Shown: piece by piece, positions 29,341-38,190 of the stretch
Layout of the letters: every line of letters starts with the position of its first letter
Numbering within the stretch: the stretch's first letter is position 1
Assembly (NCBI GenBank): GCA_964586595.1
Contig: CAZPHB010000016.1
Span: 39-64,038 of the forward strand
DNA length: 64,000 bases
Source: an uncultured Flavobacteriaceae bacterium
GTDB taxonomy: Bacteria > Bacteroidota > Bacteroidia > NS11-12g > UBA955
Direction: 5' to 3'
The notes under the pieces: model-generated
Databases searched by the model: none
Seen by the model: the letters and a program-made list of their open reading frames with translations, nothing else
What the model was told of the DNA's origin: nothing
Translations under genes and position numbers: made by a program

Positions 29341-31494
29341 TTACTGTTGGGCCGACACTGTGGTTTCCGCAGGTTTAAGGTCACGGCCCAACTTGTGCAG
29401 GTAGGCGATCAGGGCCAGCATCTCGCTGTTGGGCTTCACTTTGTAGCCATCTTTTTTCAGCGTGCTTGCTATTTCTTCAGCCTGCCTGTTCAAATCTGCA
29501 GCTGCTTCTTTTTCATAGCCCGGTGCATAGGGAACACCCAGGGTGCGCATGGCGCTGATTTTCTGCTCCAGCAGGGAAAGATCCAACGCTTGTTCTGCCA
29601 GCCATGGATACGCCGGCATGATGGAACCCGGAGAAGTTACCCGTGGGTTCATCATGTGGGCATAGTGCCAGGCAGCGCCGCGATTCACCTTTCCGCCGGG
29701 CTCACCACCGCGCACCAAATCCGGACCGGTACGCTTACTGCCCCACAGGAATGGATGATCATATACGTATTCGCCGGCTTTGCTGTACTCACCGTAACGT
29801 TTGGTTTCACTGCGGAAGGGCCGGACCAGTTGGCTGTGACAGTTGTTGCAGCCTTCACGGATGTAGATGTCGCGTCCTTCCAGTTCCAGTGGCGCATAGG
29901 GCTTGATGCTGGCAATGGTTTTCACCTGTTCTTTCACAAAAATCATGGGTACCAGCTGCACCATACCGCCCATTGAAACAAGGATTAATGAAAACACGAG
30001 CATGGTCATGGGGCGAGATTCAATCCACTTGTGCCAGTATGCGGGTTTGCCGTGATTTTCCACAGCTTCAGCAGCTTTCAGCGGATAGGCTTCTGCGGGC
30101 TCATTGGCCAGGAAGCTGCCCTGTTTTACTGTTTTCACGATGTTATACACCATCACAAACACGCCGCTGAGGTACAACAAACCACCGAAAGAGCGGAGCA
30201 CATAAAGGAACTTGATGCGTTCCACGGTTTCAAGGAAGTTGTATTTCAGGTTGCCATCAGCATCAAATTCTTTCCACATGAAGCCTTGAGAAAAGCCGCT
30301 GAAATACATGGGGACTGCATAGAACAAAATTCCGAGGGTGGCTATCCAGAAGTGCATGTTTGCCAGCCTGTTGGAGTACAATTTGGTTTGCCACATCCGG
30401 GGAATGATCCAGTAGAGCATGGCGAAGGTGAGGAAACCATTCCAGCCCAATCCGCCAACGTGTACGTGCGCAACTACCCAATCTGTGAAGTGCGCTATGG
30501 CATTCACATTTTTCAGGGAAAGCAATGGACCTTCAAAGGTGGCCATACCATAAGCCACGAGTCCCACCACCATAAACTTGAGCAGGGCGTCTTCACGCAC
30601 TTTATCCCAGGCTCCGCGCAAGGTGAGCAAACCATTCAACATGCCACCCCATGACGGAGCAATCAACATGATGCTGAACACCACACCCAGCGTTTGTGCC
30701 CAATCGGGCAATGAGCTGTACAACAGGTGATGCGGGCCGGCCCAGATATAAATGAAGATGAGCGACCAGAAGTGGATGATGGATAACTTATAGGAATACA
30801 CCGGCCTGTTGGCCATTTTGGGCATGAAGTAATACATCAGTCCAAGGAAAGGCGTGGTCAGGAAGAACGCCACGGCATTGTGCCCGTACCACCATTGGAC
30901 CAGGGCATCCTGCACGCCGGCATAAACACTGTAGCTCTTCAGAAAACTTACAGGCAGCTCGAAAGAGTTCACGATGTGCAGCATGGCTACCGTTACCCAA
31001 GTTGCGATGTAAAACCAAATGCCTACATAGATGTGTTGCTCACGGCGCTTCAGGATGGTTCCAAACATGTTCATACCAAACACCACCCATATCAGCGTGA
31101 TGGCGATATCTATAGGCCATTCCAATTCAGCATATTCTTTTGACGTATTGTATCCTAAAGGTAGGGTTAAAGCCGCCGCAACGATGATGAGCTGCCAGCC
31201 CCAGAAATGCACCCTGCTGAGCACATCGCTGAACATCCGTGCCTTCAGCAAACGCTGGAGGGAATAATAAACACCGGTAAAGATGGCATTGCCAACAAAG
31301 GCGAAAATAACCGCATTGGTATGCAGCGGGCGCAAACGCCCAAAAGTGTGCCAGGAGGCGAAGTTGAGTTCCGGCAAGAACAATTGCATCGACACAATCA
31401 ATCCAACCAGCATGCCCACCGCACCCCACAATAGGGTTGCCCAGGCAAATGCCCGCACAATCCGGTTGTCGTAAAAGAAGCTTTCTTTATTCAT
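29341..31494 (-). CDS. ccoNO: cbb3-type cytochrome c oxidase fused subunits I+II (CcoN-CcoO fusion)
   Basis: 12-TM heme-copper oxidase core with His ligands (HVHVGG, WAGPHH) followed by a C-terminal CcoO-like domain with 'CNNCHSQ' heme c motif. Confidence 0.9.
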   Translation of the reverse strand: MNKESFFYDNRIVRAFAWATLLWGAVGMLVGLIVSMQLFLPELNFASWHTFGRLRPLHTNAVIFAFVGNAIFTGVYYSLQRLLKARMFSDVLSRVHFWGWQLIIVAAALTLPLGYNTSKEYAELEWPIDIAITLIWVVFGMNMFGTILKRREQHIYVGIWFYIATWVTVAMLHIVNSFELPVSFLKSYSVYAGVQDALVQWWYGHNAVAFFLTTPFLGLMYYFMPKMANRPVYSYKLSIIHFWSLIFIYIWAGPHHLLYSSLPDWAQTLGVVFSIMLIAPSWGGMLNGLLTLRGAWDKVREDALLKFMVVGLVAYGMATFEGPLLSLKNVNAIAHFTDWVVAHVHVGGLGWNGFLTFAMLYWIIPRMWQTKLYSNRLANMHFWIATLGILFYAVPMYFSGFSQGFMWKEFDADGNLKYNFLETVERIKFLYVLRSFGGLLYLSGVFVMVYNIVKTVKQGSFLANEPAEAYPLKAAEAVENHGKPAYWHKWIESRPMTMLVFSLILVSMGGMVQLVPMIFVKEQVKTIASIKPYAPLELEGRDIYIREGCNNCHSQLVRPFRSETKRYGEYSKAGEYVYDHPFLWGSKRTGPDLVRGGEPGGKVNRGAAWHYAHMMNPRVTSPGSIMPAYPWLAEQALDLSLLEQKISAMRTLGVPYAPGYEKEAAADLNRQAEEIASTLKKDGYKVKPNSEMLALIAYLHKLGRDLKPAETTVSAQQ

Positions 31495-31702
31495 GGGTAG
31501 TATCTTGAGTTTTGGGTTTTATAGAAGTCATTTCATTGGTTTGTTGGGTCATTGGTTCCTGAGGCATGTCGTCAAACAGCACCCGCATGCCCGGAGTCAC
31601 GAGGTCTTCATGCTGCCCTGATTTCACCCACCAGAAGAACACGGCAAGGAAAACCAAGCCTAAGGAAAGGCTGCACAGAATCAGCAGTGGCAGGATGTTC
31701 AT
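31487..31702 (-). CDS. ccoS: cbb3 oxidase maturation protein CcoS/FixS
   Basis: Start at MNILPLLILCSLSLGLVFLAVFFWWVKSGQHEDL, the typical CcoS; 4-bp overlap with the ccoI stop. Confidence 0.7.
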   Translation of the reverse strand: MNILPLLILCSLSLGLVFLAVFFWWVKSGQHEDLVTPGMRVLFDDMPQEPMTQQTNEMTSIKPKTQDTTHE

Positions 31703-34095
31703 ATCAAACCCTCCCTTGCTGCAAAACGACGGGTGCGCCAAACAGCGAAAAGCGCTACAGAGATGCTGCTTACGGGCATCAATACTGCGGCAATCAGCGG
31801 CGACAACTGAGCGGTGGCCGCGAAATAGAGGCCAAAGGCATTGTAGCCCAGGCTCAGGTAGAAACTTTCCCTGCCTGCCCGGGCTGTATTTCGCGCAAAG
31901 CGCATAAAGACATTTAGTTTTTCAAGCGCATCATGCAACAAAATGCCTGATGAAGCCGGAGTGAACTGTGTCATGTCCTGGGCGAGCACGATTCCGGCAT
32001 GGCCGGCTTTGAGCGCACCGGCATCGTTGAGTCCGTCGCCCAGCATCATTACTGTGGCACCGCGTGATTCCAACTCTTGCAGGGCTGCAACCTTCATCGA
32101 AGGATCCTGCCGAAACTGCATTTGTTGAAACACCCCGGGGATTTGTGCTTCGATATAAGCTGCATCTTTTTGGCTGTCGCCGGAAAGCAAACGCATGGTG
32201 TAACGTTCATGCAGTTGCTGCAACATCCGGGCTACGCCGTTCCTGAGTCGGTGGTGGGTGATGAAGGTGGCTACAGGTTTTCCGTCTAAAGTGATGTAGG
32301 TTTCCGCGCCATCATGGAGGTGTTCACCCGGATTGCTGCCGTTTGGCAATGCCCAGCTTTCCCTTCCGATGCGCAGTTCATGGCCGCCGTACTGCATGCG
32401 CAGTCCGCGTCCGCTTTGTTCTTCATAGAAATCAGGTTTAAGCGTGGCAACTCCGGCACAGGCTTCGGCGAGCACGCGGTTTACCGGATGCGTTGACGCT
32501 GTGGCAGCAGTAAAAATGAGGCTTTTGAGTGCTGCATCTGGCACCGCGCTGGTCCATTCCAGTTCCGCCTCTTTAGGATCGGTAAGGGTTCCGGTTTTGT
32601 CAAAAACCAAATGATCTATACCGGACAGCGTTTCCACCACTTCCGGGTTGCGCAGGTAAAACCCGTTTTTCCCCAGGATGCGGGTTGCGTTGCTGTAGGC
32701 AAAGGGCGTTGCGATGACCAGCGCACACGGACAGGCCACCATGAGCACGGCGGTGGCTGCAAACAAGGCTTTGCCGAGATCTACGGGCCACCAGGTCAGA
32801 AATGCGCCTGCCGCCAGCGCCAAAGTTCCCAGGGTGAACCAAATGCTCACCCGTTGGGCGAAGCGTCCGATGCGGGAAACCGGCCGACCATTCTGGCTGG
32901 CATTGCTCCACATCTGCTGCAGCCTGCTTTCGGTAAATGGGCGAACCACTTCCAGTTCCAGCATCCCCTGAACACTGCGGCCGCCGGCAAACAGCAGTTC
33001 ACCTGCCACTTTATACACCGGTGCAGATTCACCGGTTACGTAGCTGTAGTCTATCAATGCGCTGTGCGACATCAGGATGCCATCGCCGGGAATGATTGTT
33101 CCGTTGCGCACCTGAACCCTGTCGCCGGGAACCAGGTCAAACACGCGCACCGCCTGCGTTTTCCCATCCTTCACCACCAGTGCCGACAAAGGAAAGAATC
33201 GCTCTGCGCTGCGGTCGAAGCGGATGGCTTCCCAGGTTCGTTCCTGCAACCAGGTTCCAATCAACAGAAAGAAGACCAGGCCGCTCAGGCTGTCGAAATA
33301 CCCCGGACCTATACCTGTGGCCACTTCATAGATGCTTCGCAACCAAAGCGCAGTTAATCCGATGACCAAAGGCACATCTACCGAAAGTTCCCTGGCTTTA
33401 AGTGCCCGGGCACTTTTGGTGAAATAATGACCTGCAGCGAAGAACAAAACGGGAATAGACAATCCAACATTCAACCAGGAGAACAATTTCTGGAAGCTTG
33501 CCTCTGAAAGTCCCAGGTATTCCGGGAAGCTGAACAACATGATGTTGCCAAAGGCGAAGCCTGCAACGGCCAGTTTCAGGATGGTTTTTCCCTCATCTTT
33601 GCGGGTATTGGTCTGGGCATCGGGCACAAGCGCAGGTGTATATCCGAGGCTGTCCAGGAGCCTGACCACAGCAGGAAATCCAGTGCGCTCCGGATTAAAC
33701 GCCACATCGAGTTTTTTCTTTACAAAATCAACACGCGCACTGTACACACCCTCAAGTACGGATGGCAACTTTTCGAGCAGCCAGACACAACTGGCGCAGT
33801 GCATCTGTGGAATTTCGAACGTGCACTGTTGCCTTTGGGCATCGCGATAGGTAGTGAATTCAGATGCGAGCACCATCAATTCATCATCCGAGGGCAGGCT
33901 GATCTGACCTTTCTTTATGCCCGGGTTTGCATCAAACTGATAATACGCACAGAGGTTGTTGTCTTTAAGGATGTGATAAACGGTTTCACAACCCCTGCAG
34001 CAAAACTGAAGTCCATTGTCAGAAATGGGGTAGCCGGATGCCTCTGAACCACAATGATGGCAGGCATGTGCTACGGCTGTTGACTCCTTCTTCAT
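31699..34095 (-). CDS. ccoI: copper-translocating P1B-type ATPase CcoI/FixI
   Basis: N-terminal metal-binding Cys pairs; 'CPC' transmembrane motif; 'DKTGTLT' phosphorylation site; 'GDGLNDAGAL' hinge. Confidence 0.9.
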   Translation of the reverse strand: MKKESTAVAHACHHCGSEASGYPISDNGLQFCCRGCETVYHILKDNNLCAYYQFDANPGIKKGQISLPSDDELMVLASEFTTYRDAQRQQCTFEIPQMHCASCVWLLEKLPSVLEGVYSARVDFVKKKLDVAFNPERTGFPAVVRLLDSLGYTPALVPDAQTNTRKDEGKTILKLAVAGFAFGNIMLFSFPEYLGLSEASFQKLFSWLNVGLSIPVLFFAAGHYFTKSARALKARELSVDVPLVIGLTALWLRSIYEVATGIGPGYFDSLSGLVFFLLIGTWLQERTWEAIRFDRSAERFFPLSALVVKDGKTQAVRVFDLVPGDRVQVRNGTIIPGDGILMSHSALIDYSYVTGESAPVYKVAGELLFAGGRSVQGMLELEVVRPFTESRLQQMWSNASQNGRPVSRIGRFAQRVSIWFTLGTLALAAGAFLTWWPVDLGKALFAATAVLMVACPCALVIATPFAYSNATRILGKNGFYLRNPEVVETLSGIDHLVFDKTGTLTDPKEAELEWTSAVPDAALKSLIFTAATASTHPVNRVLAEACAGVATLKPDFYEEQSGRGLRMQYGGHELRIGRESWALPNGSNPGEHLHDGAETYITLDGKPVATFITHHRLRNGVARMLQQLHERYTMRLLSGDSQKDAAYIEAQIPGVFQQMQFRQDPSMKVAALQELESRGATVMMLGDGLNDAGALKAGHAGIVLAQDMTQFTPASSGILLHDALEKLNVFMRFARNTARAGRESFYLSLGYNAFGLYFAATAQLSPLIAAVLMPVSSISVALFAVWRTRRFAAREGLI

Positions 34096-34148
34096 CCCTG
34101 CTTCAAAATTGAAGGGATGCTCAGGATTACATCCTGACCTGAGTCAAT

Positions 34149-34850
34149 TCACTGCCTGATATCGGGCAGCAGGTGTGTGATCACCAAAGGAGCTGCTTCC
34201 AGCATTTCCCGGAGCACTTTTTCCAGTGAAGAGGCGCGGGCGCCGTTGAACTTCCAGCACAACAATCCAAAGTCGGCCTGCTTTTCTGCAGCGGCCTGAA
34301 AGATGAAGCTCGGGAACATTCTTTTCAGGGCAGATTCTTCATTTTTGAAATCAAAAGGCGGTTGATTATTCCGCACTTCGATGCGCGCATATTCCAGCAG
34401 TTTTTTGCCTTTGAACAGTTCCAGAGGGCAGCGCCAGGACAGCAACCACAAATTTGGATTTCCCTTGAGGCCACGTTCGCGGAGCCATTGAAGCGGCGTA
34501 TCCACTTCGGTATTGTGTAAAAGCAGCACCACACGCCCCAGCGCATTGGGCATTTTTTGCAGTTCGATTGGCTTGTTCCACAAACCTTTATCTACTTCAA
34601 TGTTCATGGAAGGATACCGGGCCTGCAACAATGTGCGTGCCCGGCATACTTCCTGTTGCAGGCTTTGCCTGAATACATCCTGCAGGTCAAGCATTACGGC
34701 TTGTCCGGTGGATGACAGCTGTGAAAAACTCGTAATTACCAGGGTACTGATGCGGTTGCCAAGAGCCTCAAAAATGGGCTCCACCAATTCGGTTTTATTG
34801 ATAATATCAATTGGCAGTATTGCAATCATCCCCCTAAACGATTCAAACAC
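34149..34850 (-). CDS. hypothetical protein (233 aa), part of the cco/hsp20 minus-strand array
   Basis: ORF track; no recognisable motif; 53-bp gap to ccoI and 24-bp gap to hsp20. Confidence 0.4.
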   Translation of the reverse strand: MFESFRGMIAILPIDIINKTELVEPIFEALGNRISTLVITSFSQLSSTGQAVMLDLQDVFRQSLQQEVCRARTLLQARYPSMNIEVDKGLWNKPIELQKMPNALGRVVLLLHNTEVDTPLQWLRERGLKGNPNLWLLSWRCPLELFKGKKLLEYARIEVRNNQPPFDFKNEESALKRMFPSFIFQAAAEKQADFGLLCWKFNGARASSLEKVLREMLEAAPLVITHLLPDIRQ

Positions 34851-34874
34851 CGGCTGCCCGGGCTGAATCTTCTG

Positions 34875-35309
34875 TTATTCTATCGGTATCTGTTTCTTTT
34901 TTTCTGTTTCAGCCAATTGCTTGTTCCTGTTCAGTTCCAAGGTAAGAACACCTTCCTTGTAGTGCGCATGGATTTGCCCTTCCAGGACGTCTTCGGGCAA
35001 TGAAAATGAACGGCTGAACATCTGGTAGCTGAATTCGCTGCGCGTAAGACGTTCGTTGTCTTTACCGTTTTGTTGTGACTTCTTTTCACCGCGGATGGTA
35101 AGTTGGCCGTTTTTCAGGCTCACTTCGATTTCATTTTTCTGAAACCCGGGCACCGCTGCTTCCAGGATGTAGTGGTCGGGTGTTTCGCGCACGTTCACGG
35201 CGGGAACATCTCCGTTGCTTTTGAAAAACCTGGGTAATTCAATAAATGGGGTTGCGAACAAATCATCGACCCAATTGTCCAAAATGCTGCTTCTTCTTGC
35301 TAATGACAT
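34875..35309 (-). CDS. Hsp20/alpha-crystallin family small heat-shock protein
   Basis: ACD 'AVNVRETPDHYILEAAVPGFQKNEIEVSLKNGQLTIRGE' and 'IHAHYKEGVLTLEL' with the I-x-I tail. Confidence 0.85.
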   Translation of the reverse strand: MSLARRSSILDNWVDDLFATPFIELPRFFKSNGDVPAVNVRETPDHYILEAAVPGFQKNEIEVSLKNGQLTIRGEKKSQQNGKDNERLTRSEFSYQMFSRSFSLPEDVLEGQIHAHYKEGVLTLELNRNKQLAETEKKKQIPIE

Positions 35310-35377
35310 AAACGTAAAATATTAAACGATTGATGCAGGCAAAGTTCAAGCGGCAGCCTCAGGAAACACATGACGCC

Positions 35378-35391
35378 AGTCACCCAAGTGA
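35378..35391. promoter_or_regulatory. perfect palindrome GTCAC-N4-GTGAC upstream of hsp20 (candidate operator)
   Basis: gtcacccaagtgac read directly, ~70-85 bp upstream of the hsp20 start. Confidence 0.25.
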
Positions 35392-35441
35392 CTGATAAAG
35401 GTCAAAAATGCGTCACGGATGATACATGACTCAGGTGGGGC

Positions 35442-36467
35442 TTACCACTTCAGGGCCTTGAGTTTCTCAGGGAACAACAGTTTGATGTGCGAACCACTGA
35501 TTTCCAGGATCCCATCGGCTTTAAAGCCGCTGAGCACCCTGATGGCAGACTCTGTGCTCGTACCGGCCATACTTGCAAGCAGTTCCCGGGAAACAGCCAC
35601 GCCGTAGCGGCTGTCGCTGTCGCTGACTGTTTCAAACAACTTCACCAAAGCTTCGGCAACCCGTTTGCGCACGGTATCATAAGCGAGCTTGAGCAGTTCC
35701 TTTTCCTTGGAGGCGATGTTGTTGCTGAGCAGTTTCACGAAATAAACCATGGTAGCGGTATCGCCGGTGATGTAGCGGAGGAAGTCATCGGACTGATACA
35801 GTTCAATCTCACAATCTTCCAAAGCTTCAGCACTTTCTTCACGCGGGTTTCCACCCATGCTGCTTACATATCCAAAGAATCCGCCGGAGCCAACAAGGTC
35901 GGTGGTATATTCTTTTCCATCCTGATTGTAGCAATACAGGCGCACCGTTCCTTTCAGCAGTTTGTACACATAAATGCTTGGATCGCCTTCGTGGTACACG
36001 GTGTCTTTGCGGGAATAATGGCGTTGATGTGTTTGGATTTCGCGGTTTGCAGCGGCCTGAACATTTGCCTGGCCCAACAAACGCTCTTTCAGGGCATCAG
36101 ATTTTTTCAGGCGATTTTCGAGGGTGCGCAGCAAATCCGTTTCTTCAAATGGCTTGGTGATGTAATCATCAGCGCCTAAACTCATTCCGAAGCGCACATC
36201 CGTTTTTTCTGTTTTGGCCGTAAGAAACACAAATGGAATGCCTGCAGTTTCCGGCCTTTGGCTCAGGATGTGCAGCACACCGTAGCCGTCGAGGCCGGGC
36301 ATCATGATGTCGCAGATGATCAGATCCGGGCGTTCGTTCAAACTCAGATCCACACCTTTCCTGCCATCTTCAGCCACCACCACCTCATAACCTGCCAGTT
36401 CAAGGATTTCAGCGGTGTTCTCTCGAACATCCACGTTGTCTTCAATGACCAGAATTTTCTTCTTCAT
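35442..36467 (-). CDS. hybrid response regulator: N-terminal receiver (REC) fused to Crp/Fnr-type cNMP-binding + HTH domain
   Basis: REC 'ILVIEDN...DLIICDIMMPGLDGY...LTAKTE'; beta-roll 'GDPSIYVYKLLKGTVRL'; HTH_Crp 'SRELLASMAGTSTESAIRVLSGFKADGIL'. Confidence 0.8.
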   Translation of the reverse strand: MKKKILVIEDNVDVRENTAEILELAGYEVVVAEDGRKGVDLSLNERPDLIICDIMMPGLDGYGVLHILSQRPETAGIPFVFLTAKTEKTDVRFGMSLGADDYITKPFEETDLLRTLENRLKKSDALKERLLGQANVQAAANREIQTHQRHYSRKDTVYHEGDPSIYVYKLLKGTVRLYCYNQDGKEYTTDLVGSGGFFGYVSSMGGNPREESAEALEDCEIELYQSDDFLRYITGDTATMVYFVKLLSNNIASKEKELLKLAYDTVRKRVAEALVKLFETVSDSDSRYGVAVSRELLASMAGTSTESAIRVLSGFKADGILEISGSHIKLLFPEKLKALKW

Positions 36468-38094
36468 CCGCGCTCAAAGGTATAAAAACTTCGAATGTTG
36501 TTCCGGTTTCGGGACTGCTGTTGCAGCTGATCTGGCCACCCATCAGTTCCAGGTACTGTTTTACGATGTGCAGTCCCAGGCCGGTTCCATCAATATTGGT
36601 CACATTCCGGGCCCTGAAAAACCGGGAAAAAAGGTTCTTCCGATCCTCCTCCGGAATGCCCATACCATTGTCGCGAACCCGCACCCTGAGCACGTTTTCT
36701 TCATGAACGGCCTCCAAAATCACCACCCCTTTCCCGGCTTCTGAATATTTAATGCCGTTGCTCAATAAGTTCAACAATACATTCCGGAATAAATCCGGAT
36801 CAAGCGTCAGGGTCAACGCTTCCGGATACTGTTTCAGCAATTGTTGTCCGGGCTTCAGGTTGAGTTCCGCATCTTCACACATTTCATCGAGCAGGGCAGA
36901 CACATTGGAAGGAACCGGCTTGTTCCGGATCAGTCCTTCTTCCAGCTTGCCCAATGACAGAAAATCGTTGAGCAATTGGTTCAGGTGTGTGATGTTCTTG
37001 CGAATTTTATGCACGTGGTCCAGCACTTTTCCTGTATTGCCTTGTTCGTTGTATCGGCGGATGAGGTCGGCTGAACTGTTGATGGTGCTCAGGGGTGTTC
37101 TGAATTCATGTGAGGCCATGCTCACAAAACGTGTTTTCAATTCACCCAGTTCCTTCTCTTTGTGCAGCGCTTTGAGCATGTCCTGCTCCGCTTGCTTGAG
37201 GTGTGTAATATTGGTTTCGATCATCAGGATGCTTTGCACCAGGTTGCGTTCCTTAATGGGCACGGCATCAATCAGAAAACAATGATCGGAGAATTCAATT
37301 TCAAAGGAACGAGGGTCGCCCTGCAGCACCTTGTTGAGGTGTTTTTCTGCCAGCTCGCGCAATTCCGGACGAAGGCGTTTCAGGTAGTTGGTACCAATGA
37401 GGAACCTCGGATCAATTCCTAAATCACTCAGGCCCTTTCCCTCTACAAAGACATAATTAAAATCGGCATCCAGGATGGTAATGGTTCCATTGGGATAATT
37501 GCGCGCAATGGTGGTGTACACCTTCTGGCTTTGCAGCAGTTGTTCTTCCGCCTTCCGGCGCAATTCCAAAGTACTTTTCAATTCTTCGGTGCGCGTTTCT
37601 ACTTCTTCGTGCAAACGTATATGGTAATGCTCTTTCAGCTCGCGCGACTGCACTTCTTCGGTCAGGTCATGAATGATGCCCACATAAAAATGCTGTCCGT
37701 GTTCTACAAAGTGGCTCACCGCCAGGCGCAGCGGGAACAGGCTGCCATCCTTGCGTTTTCCTACCACTTCCCTGCCAACACCTATAATCTTTCGCTCACC
37801 GGTTTCTTCGTAATTCCTGATGTACTGATTGTGCCTGGAATGATCCGGTTCAGGCATCAGAACATGAACATTCATTCCATGTAAGGCACCGCTTTCGTAA
37901 CCAAACATGTTCAGTGTTGCCTGGTTGCATTCTACAATCAAGCCTCTGGAATTGATCACGATGATGGCGTCAACGAGGGTGTGAAAAATCGCATTTAAAC
38001 TGAGTTCCGCCGAGGGAACCGAACTGTGCGGAGTCTCTGCTTGCATCTCCTCTTCCTTCCTCCTTTTGGTCAACGAAGATACTTGTTTCAGCAC
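36442..38094 (-). CDS. sensor histidine kinase with FixL-type heme-binding PAS domain (PAS-PAS-HisKA-HATPase)
   Basis: First PAS 'NVHVLMPEPDHSRHNQYIRNYEETGERKIIGVGREVVGKRKDGSLFPLRLAVS...FYVGIIHDLTE' closely parallels the rhizobial FixL heme pocket (LMPEPDRSRH...IIGIGR.V.GKRRDG..FP..L); H-box 'MASHEFRTPL'; 26-nt overlap with the RR gene. Confidence 0.75.
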   Translation of the reverse strand: MLKQVSSLTKRRKEEEMQAETPHSSVPSAELSLNAIFHTLVDAIIVINSRGLIVECNQATLNMFGYESGALHGMNVHVLMPEPDHSRHNQYIRNYEETGERKIIGVGREVVGKRKDGSLFPLRLAVSHFVEHGQHFYVGIIHDLTEEVQSRELKEHYHIRLHEEVETRTEELKSTLELRRKAEEQLLQSQKVYTTIARNYPNGTITILDADFNYVFVEGKGLSDLGIDPRFLIGTNYLKRLRPELRELAEKHLNKVLQGDPRSFEIEFSDHCFLIDAVPIKERNLVQSILMIETNITHLKQAEQDMLKALHKEKELGELKTRFVSMASHEFRTPLSTINSSADLIRRYNEQGNTGKVLDHVHKIRKNITHLNQLLNDFLSLGKLEEGLIRNKPVPSNVSALLDEMCEDAELNLKPGQQLLKQYPEALTLTLDPDLFRNVLLNLLSNGIKYSEAGKGVVILEAVHEENVLRVRVRDNGMGIPEEDRKNLFSRFFRARNVTNIDGTGLGLHIVKQYLELMGGQISCNSSPETGTTFEVFIPLSADEEENSGH

Positions 38095-38190
38095 AAAAAC
38101 TGATATTCGTCATATTGCCCGGTTGTTCCTGACGTTTTTCTGACAGGAATAAAAACGGATCAGGAAGGCGTTATTTGCAGCCTCATAGAA

